In this document: piece by piece, positions 1-7,322 of the stretch
Layout: the number at the start of each line of letters is the position of its first letter
Position numbering within the stretch: position 1 is the first letter of the stretch
Origin: Utricularia gibba
Lineage: Eukaryota > Plantae > Magnoliophyta
NCBI GenBank assembly: GCA_002189035.1
Contig: NEEC01000036.1
Location: 1-64,000, forward strand
Length of the DNA: 64,000 bases
Reading direction: 5' to 3'
The notes under the pieces: generated by a model
Told to the model about the DNA's origin: nothing
The model's input: only the letters and a program-made list of their open reading frames with translations
Database searches by the model: none
Position numbers and translations under genes: made by a program

Positions 1-3000
1 TGTTCCTTGAAAAACCTTGTAGGAAGCCCCTGAAACCGAACGTTAATAAGTGCATCGCTTTAGTTGCCAGGCTACAACTAACTTTCGGCCCTAACCCAAC
101 CTGACCTTTGTCCCGTTCTAGGTGCCCCCCAAGACCGCCTCCTCAAGTATAAAGTAAGTTGTTGAAAAAATCATGTGGGGTGCACGTGACATCTTACTTT
201 AAACAAATGCATCATTATTTTCGTCGACTCGCACCGGTTGGGCTCATGAGCCGGACCGAACGCAGCGCCGGACCAAGTGCCCAGTGAGAGTGGCCGACAC
301 AAAACGAGAAGTTGTTCCTTGAAAAACCTTGTAGGAAGCCCCTGAAAACCGAACGTTAATAAGTGCATCGCTTTAGTTGCCAGGCTAACTAACTTTCGGC
401 CCTAACCCAAACTGACCTTTGTCCCGTTCTAGGTGCCCCCAAGACCGCCTCCTCAAGTATAAAGTAAGTTGTTGAAAAAATCATGTGGGGTGCACGTGAC
501 ATCTTACTTTAAACAAATGCATCATTATTTTCGTCGACTCGCACCCGGTTGGGCTCATGAGCCGGACCGAACGCAGCGCCGGACCAAGTGCCCAGTGAGA
601 GTGGCCGACACAAAACGAGAAGTTGTTCCTTGAAAAACCTTGTAGGAAGCCCTGAAAACCGAACGTTAATAAGTGCATCGCTTTAGTTGCCAGGCTACAA
701 CTAACTTTCGGCCCTAACCCAACCTGACCTTTGTCCCGTTCTAGGTGCCCCCCAAGACCGCCTCCTCAAGTATAAAGTAAGTTGTTGAAAAATCATGTGG
801 GTGCACGTGACATCTTACTTTAAACAAATGCATCATTATTTTCGTCGACTCGCACCCGTTGGGCTCATGAGCCGGACCGAACGCAGCGCCGGACCAAGTG
901 CCCAGTGAGAGTGGCCGACAAAAACGAGAAGTTGTTCCTTGAAAAACCTTGTAGGAAGCCCCTGAAAACCGAACGTTAATAAGTGCATCGCTTTAGTTGC
1001 CAGGCTACAACTAACTTTCGGCCCTAACCAACCTGACCTTTGTCCCTTCTAGGTGCCCCCCAAGACCGCCTCCTCAAGTATAAAGTAAGTTGTTGAAAAA
1101 ATCATGTGGGGTGCACGTGACATCTTACTTTAAACAAATGCATCATTATTTTCGTCGACTCGCACCCGGTTGGGCTCATGAGCCGGACCGAACGCAGCGC
1201 CGGACCAAGTGCCCAGTGAGAGTGGCCGACACAAAACGAGAAGTTGTTCCTTGAAAAACCTTGTAGGAAGCCCCTGAAAACCGAACGTTAATAAGTGCAT
1301 CGCTTTAGTTGCCAGGCTACAACTAACTTTCGGCCCTAACCCAACCTGACCTTTGTCCCGTTCTAGGTGCCCCAAGACCGCCTCCTCAAGTATAAAGTAA
1401 GTTGTTGAAAAAATCATGTGGGGTGCACGTGACATCTTACTTTAAACAAATGCATCATTATTTTCGTCGACTCGCACCCGGTTGGGCTCATGAGCCGGAC
1501 GAACGCAGCGCCGGACCAAGTGCCCAGTGAGAGTGGCCGACACAAAACGAGAAGTTGTTCCTTGAAAAACCTTGTAGGAAGCCCCTGAAACCGAACGTTA
1601 ATAAGTGCATCGCTTTAGTTGCCAGGCTACAACTAACTTTCGGCCCTAACCCAACCTGACCTTTGTCCCGTTCTAGGTGCCCCCCAAGACCGCCTCCTCA
1701 AGTATAAAGTAAGTTGTTGAAAAAATCATGTGCATCATTATTTTCGTCGACTCGTTGCACGTGACATCTTACTTTAAACAAATGCATCATTTTTTCGTCG
1801 ACTCGCACCCGGTTGGGCTCATGAGCCGGACCGAACGCAGCGCCGGACCAAGTGCCCAGTGAGAGTGGCCGACACAAAACGAGAAGTTGTTCCTTGAAAA
1901 ACCTTGTAGGAAGCCCCTGAAAACCGAACGTTAATAAGTGCATCGCTTTAGTTGCCAGGCTACAACTAACTTTCGGCCCTAACCCAACCTGACCTTTGTC
2001 CCGTTCTAGGTGCCCCCAAGACCGCCTCCTCAAGTATAAAGTAAGTTGTTGAAAAAATCATGTGGGGTGCACGTGACATCTTACTTTAAACAAATGCATC
2101 ATTATTTTCGTCGACTCGCACCCGGTTGGCTCATGAGCCGGACCGAACGCAGCGCCGGACCAAGTGCCCAGTGAGAGTGGCCGACACAAAACGAGAAGTT
2201 GTTCCTTGAAAAACCTTGTAGGAAGCCCCTGAAAACCGAACGTTAATAAGTGCATCGCTTTAGTTGCCAGGCTACAACTAACTTTCGGCCCTAACCCAAC
2301 CTGACCTTTGTCCCGTTCTAGGTGCCCCCAAGACCGCCTCCTCAAGTATAAAGTAAGTTGTTGAAAAAATCATGTGGGTGCACGTGACATCTTACTTTAA
2401 ACAAATGCATCATTATTTTCGTCGACTCGCACCCGGTTGGGCTCATGAGCCGGACCGAACGCAGCGCCGGACCAAGTGCCCAGTGAGAGTGGCCGACACA
2501 AAACGAGAAGTTGTTCCTTGAAAAACCTTGTAGGAAGCCCCTGAAAACCGAACGTTAATAAGTGCATCGCTTTAGTTGCCAGGCTACAACTAACTTTCGG
2601 CCCTAACCCAACCTGACCTTTGTCCCGTTCTAGGTGCCCCCCAAGACCGCCTCCTCAAGTATAAAGTAAGTTGTTGAAAAAATCATGTGGGGTGCACGTG
2701 ACATCTTACTTTAAACAAATGCATCATTATTTTCGTCGACTCGCACCCGGTTGGGCTCATGAGCCGGACCGAACGCAGCGCCGGACCAAGTGCCCAGTGA
2801 GAGTGGCCGACACAAAACGAGAAGTTGTTCCTTGAAAAACCTTGTAGGAAGCCCCTGAAAACCGAACGTTAATAAGTGCATCGCTTTAGTTGCCAGGCTA
2901 CAACTAACTTTCGGCCCTAACCCAACCTGACCTTTGTCCCGTTCTAGGTGCCCCCCAAGACCGCCTCCTCAAGTATAAAGTAAGTTGTTGAAAAAATCAT

Positions 3001-6000
3001 GTGGGGTGCACGTGACATCTTACTTTAAACAAATGCATCATTATTTTCGTCGACTCGCACCCGGTTGGGCTCATGAGCCGGACCGAACGCAGCGCCGGAC
3101 CAAGTGCCCAGTGAGAGTGGCCGACACAAAACGAGAAGTTGTTCCTTGAAAAACCTTGTAGGAAGCCCCTGAAAACCGAACGTTAATAAGTGCATCGCTT
3201 TAGTTGCCAGGCTACAACTAACTTTCGGCCCTAACCCAACCTGACCTTTGTCCCGTTCTAGGTGCCCCCCAAGACCGCCTCCTCAAGTATAAAGTAAGTT
3301 GTTGAAAAAATCATGTGGGGTGCACGTGACATCTTACTTTAAACAAATGCATCATTATTTTCGTCGACTCGCACCCGGTTGGGCTCATGAGCCGGACCGA
3401 ACGCAGCGCCGGACCAAGTGCCCAGTGAGAGTGGCCGACACAAAACGAGAAGTTGTTCCTTGAAAAACCTTGTAGGAAGCCCCTGAAAACCGAACGTTAA
3501 TAAGTGCATCGCTTTAGTTGCCAGGCTACAACTAACTTTCGGCCCTAACCCAACCTGACCTTTGTCCCGTTCTAGGTGCCCCCCAAGACCGCCTCCTCAA
3601 GTATAAAGTAAGTTGTTGAAAAAATCATGTGGGGTGCACGTGACATCTTACTTTAAACAAATGCATCATTATTTTCGTCGACTCGCACCCGGTTGGGCTC
3701 ATGAGCCGGACCGAACGCAGCGCCGGACCAAGTGCCCAGTGAGAGTGGCCGACACAAAACGAGAAGTTGTTCCTTGAAAAACCTTGTAGGAAGCCCCTGA
3801 AAACCGAACGTTAATAAGTGCATCGCTTTAGTTGCCAGGCTACAACTAACTTTCGGCCCTAACCCAACCTGACCTTTGTCCCGTTCTAGGTGCCCCCCAA
3901 GACCGCCTCCTCAAGTATAAAGTAAGTTGTTGAAAAAATCATGTGGGGTGCACGTGACATCTTACTTTAAACAAATGCATCATTATTTTCGTCGACTCGC
4001 ACCCGGTTGGGCTCATGAGCCGGACCGAACGCAGCGCCGGACCAAGTGCCCAGTGAGAGTGGCCGACACAAAACGAGAAGTTGTTCCTTGAAAAACCTTG
4101 TAGGAAGCCCCTGAAAACCGAACGTTAATAAGTGCATCGCTTTAGTTGCCAGGCTACAACTAACTTTCGGCCCTAACCCAACCTGACCTTTGTCCCGTTC
4201 TAGGTGCCCCCAAGACCGCCTCCTCAAGTATAAAGTAAGTTGTTGAAAAAATCATGTGGGGTGCACGTGACATCTTACTTTAAACAAATGCATCATTATT
4301 TTCGTCGACTCGCACCCGGTTGGGCTCATGAGCCGGACCGAACGCAGCGCCGGACCAAGTGCCCAGTGAGAGTGGCCGACACAAAACGAGAAGTTGTTCC
4401 TTGAAAAACCTTGTAGGAAGCCCCTGAAAACCGAACGTTAATAAGTGCATCGCTTTAGTTGCCAGGCTACAACTAACTTTCGGCCCTAACCCAACCTGAC
4501 CTTTGTCCCGTTCTAGGTGCCCCCAAGACCGCCTCCTCAAGTATAAAGTAAGTTGTTGAAAAAATCATGTGGGGTGCACGTGACATCTTACTTTAAACAA
4601 ATGCATCATTATTTTCGTCGACTCGCACCCGGTTGGGCTCATGAGCCGGACCGAACGCAGCGCCGGACCAAGTGCCCAGTGAGAGTGGCCGACACAAAAC
4701 GAGAAGTTGTTCCTTGAAAAACCTTGTAGGAAGCCCCTGAAAACCGAACGTTAATAAGTGCATCGCTTTAGTTGCCAGGCTACAACTAACTTTCGGCCCT
4801 AACCCAACCTGACCTTTGTCCCGTTCTAGGTGCCCCCAAGACCGCCTCCTCAAGTATAAAGTAAGTTGTTGAAAAAATCATGTGGGGTGCACGTGACATC
4901 TTACTTTAAACAAATGCATCATTATTTTCGTCGACTCGCACCCGGTTGGGCTCATGAGCCGGACCGAACGCAGCGCCGGACCAAGTGCCCAGTGAGAGTG
5001 GCCGACACAAAACGAGAAGTTGTTCCTTGAAAAACCTTGTAGGAAGCCCCTGAAAACCGAACGTTAATAAGTGCATCGCTTTAGTTGCCAGGCTACAACT
5101 AACTTTCGGCCCTAACCCAACCTGACCTTTGTCCCGTTCTAGGTGCCCCCAAGACCGCCTCCTCAAGTATAAAGTAAGTTGTTGAAAAAATCATGTGGGG
5201 TGCACGTGACATCTTACTTTAAACAAATGCATCATTATTTTCGTCGACTCGCACCCGGTTGGGCTCATGAGCCGGACCGAACGCAGCGCCGGACCAAGTG
5301 CCCAGTGAGAGTGGCCGACACAAAACGAGAAGTTGTTCCTTGAAAAACCTTGTAGGAAGCCCCTGAAAACCGAACGTTAATAAGTGCATCGCTTTAGTTG
5401 CCAGGCTACAACTAACTTTCGGCCCTAACCCAACCTGACCTTTGTCCCGTTCTAGGTGCCCCCCAAGACCGCCTCCTCAAGTATAAAGTAAGTTGTTGAA
5501 AAAATCATGTGGGGTGCACGTGACATCTTACTTTAAACAAATGCATCATTATTTTCGTCGACTCGCACCCGGTTGGGCTCATGAGCCGGACCGAACGCAG
5601 CGCCGGACCAAGTGCCCAGTGAGAGTGGCCGACACAAAACGAGAAGTTGTTCCTTGAAAAACCTTGTAGGAAGCCCCTGAAAACCGAACGTTAATAAGTG
5701 CATCGCTTTAGTTGCCAGGCTACAACTAACTTTCGGCCCTAACCCAACCTGACCTTTGTCCCGTTCTAGGTGCCCCCCAAGACCGCCTCCTCAAGTATAA
5801 AGTAAGTTGTTGAAAAAATCATGTGGGGTGCACGTGACATCTTACTTTAAACAAATGCATCATTATTTTCGTCGACTCGCACCCGGTTGGGCTCATGAGC
5901 CGGACCGAACGCAGCGCCGGACCAAGTGCCCAGTGAGAGTGGCCGACACAAAACGAGAAGTTGTTCCTTGAAAAACCTTGTAGGAAGCCCCTGAAAACCG

Positions 6001-7048
6001 AACGTTAATAAGTGCATCGCTTTAGTTGCCAGGCTACAACTAACTTTCGGCCCTAACCCAACCTGACCTTTGTCCCGTTCTAGGTGCCCCCCAAGACCGC
6101 CTCCTCAAGTATAAAGTAAGTTGTTGAAAAAATCATGTGGGGTGCACGTGACATCTTACTTTAAACAAATGCATCATTATTTTCGTCGACTCGCACCCGG
6201 TTGGGCTCATGAGCCGGACCGAACGCAGCGCCGGACCAAGTGCCCAGTGAGAGTGGCCGACACAAAACGAGAAGTTGTTCCTTGAAAAACCTTGTAGGAA
6301 GCCCCTGAAAACCGAACGTTAATAAGTGCATCGCTTTAGTTGCCAGGCTACAACTAACTTTCGGCCCTAACCCAACCTGACCTTTGTCCCGTTCTAGGTG
6401 CCCCCAAGACCGCCTCCTCAAGTATAAAGTAAGTTGTTGAAAAAATCATGTGGGGTGCACGTGACATCTTACTTTAAACAAATGCATCATTATTTTCGTC
6501 GACTCGCACCCGGTTGGGCTCATGAGCCGGACCGAACGCAGCGCCGGACCAAGTGCCCAGTGAGAGTGGCCGACACAAAACGAGAAGTTGTTCCTTGAAA
6601 AACCTTGTAGGAAGCCCCTGAAAACCGAACGTTAATAAGTGCATCGCTTTAGTTGCCAGGCTACAACTAACTTTCGGCCCTAACCCAACCTGACCTTTGT
6701 CCCGTTCTAGGTGCCCCCCAAGACCGCCTCCTCAAGTATAAAGTAAGTTGTTGAAAAAATCATGTGGGGTGCACGTGACATCTTACTTTAAACAAATGCA
6801 TCATTATTTTCGTCGACTCGCACCCGGTTGGGCTCATGAGCCGGACCGAACGCAGCGCCGGACCAAGTGCCCAGTGAGAGTGGCCGACACAAAACGAGAA
6901 GTTGTTCCTTGAAAAACCTTGTAGGAAGCCCCTGAAAACCGAACGTTAATAAGTGCATCGCTTTAGTTGCCAGGCTACAACTAACTTTCGGCCCTAACCC
7001 AACCTGACCTTTGTCCCGTTCTAGGTGCCCCCAAGACCGCCTCCTCAA

Positions 7049-7106
7049 GTATAAAGTAAGTTGTTGAAAAAATCATGTGGGGTGCACGTGACATCTTACT
7101 TTAAAC
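7049..7106. repeat. 16-bp imperfect inverted repeat (GTATAAAGTAAGTTGT / ACATCTTACTTTAAAC) with 26-bp spacer, once per monomer
   Basis: The reverse complement of 7091..7106 is GTTTAAAGTAAGATGT versus GTATAAAGTAAGTTGT at 7049..7064, giving 14/16 pairs. Confidence 0.9.
7085..7092 (-). promoter_or_regulatory. GTCACGTG (G-box/E-box; matches the RTCACRTG CDEI-type bHLH site), once per monomer; sequence match only, function unknown
   Basis: The + strand reads CACGTGAC, an exact match to the consensus. There is no evidence of binding. Confidence 0.3.
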
Positions 7107-7137
7107 AAATGCATCATTATTTTCGTCGACTCGCACC

Positions 7138-7161
7138 CGGTTGGGCTCATGAGCCGGACCG
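7138..7161. repeat. 24-bp imperfect palindrome CGGTTGGGCTCATGAGCCGGACCG with perfect 12-bp core GGCTCATGAGCC, once per monomer
   Basis: 10 of 12 symmetric positions pair, and the core 7144..7155 is self-complementary. Confidence 0.92.
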
Positions 7162-7275
7162 AACGCAGCGCCGGACCAAGTGCCCAGTGAGAGTGGCCGA
7201 CACAAAACGAGAAGTTGTTCCTTGAAAAACCTTGTAGGAAGCCCCTGAAAACCGAACGTTAATAAGTGCATCGCT

Positions 7276-7297
7276 TTAGTTGCCAGGCTACAACTAA
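7276..7297. repeat. Short hairpin TTAGTTG-ccaggcta-CAACTAA (7-bp stem, 8-nt loop), once per monomer
   Basis: TTAGTTG and CAACTAA are perfectly complementary. Confidence 0.8.
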
Positions 7298-7304
7298 CTT
7301 TCGG

Positions 7305-7322
7305 CCCTAACCCAACCTGACC
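7305..7322 (-). repeat. Telomere-like tract CCCTAA-CCCAA-CCTGA-CC (one exact TTAGGG plus degenerate copies on the - strand), once per monomer
   Basis: CCCTAACCC is 1.5 canonical TTAGGG repeats, followed by progressively degenerate CC-N-AA-like units. Confidence 0.4.

Larger units (their letters stand above)
7058..7211 (+). repeat. Subunit A (~154 bp) of the cryptic dimer within the monomer
   Basis: It begins AAGTTGTTGAAAAAA. The anchors TGCATC (7110) and GTGCCC (7180) have counterparts in subunit B at offsets 157 and 158. Confidence 0.8.

Noticed and set aside
338-354. CENP-B box on the - strand (GTTCGGTTTTCAGGGGC)
   Set aside because: Only 7 of the 9 essential positions of NTTCGNNNNANNCGGGN match.
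7140-7165. Hammerhead-ribozyme/retrozyme idea (CTCATGAG resembles CUGAUGAG; unit size fits ribozyme-bearing satellites)
   Set aside because: The invariant G of CUGA is a C, and no GAAA directly follows a stem II on either strand. An Infernal/Rfam scan would be decisive, but I see no canonical core.
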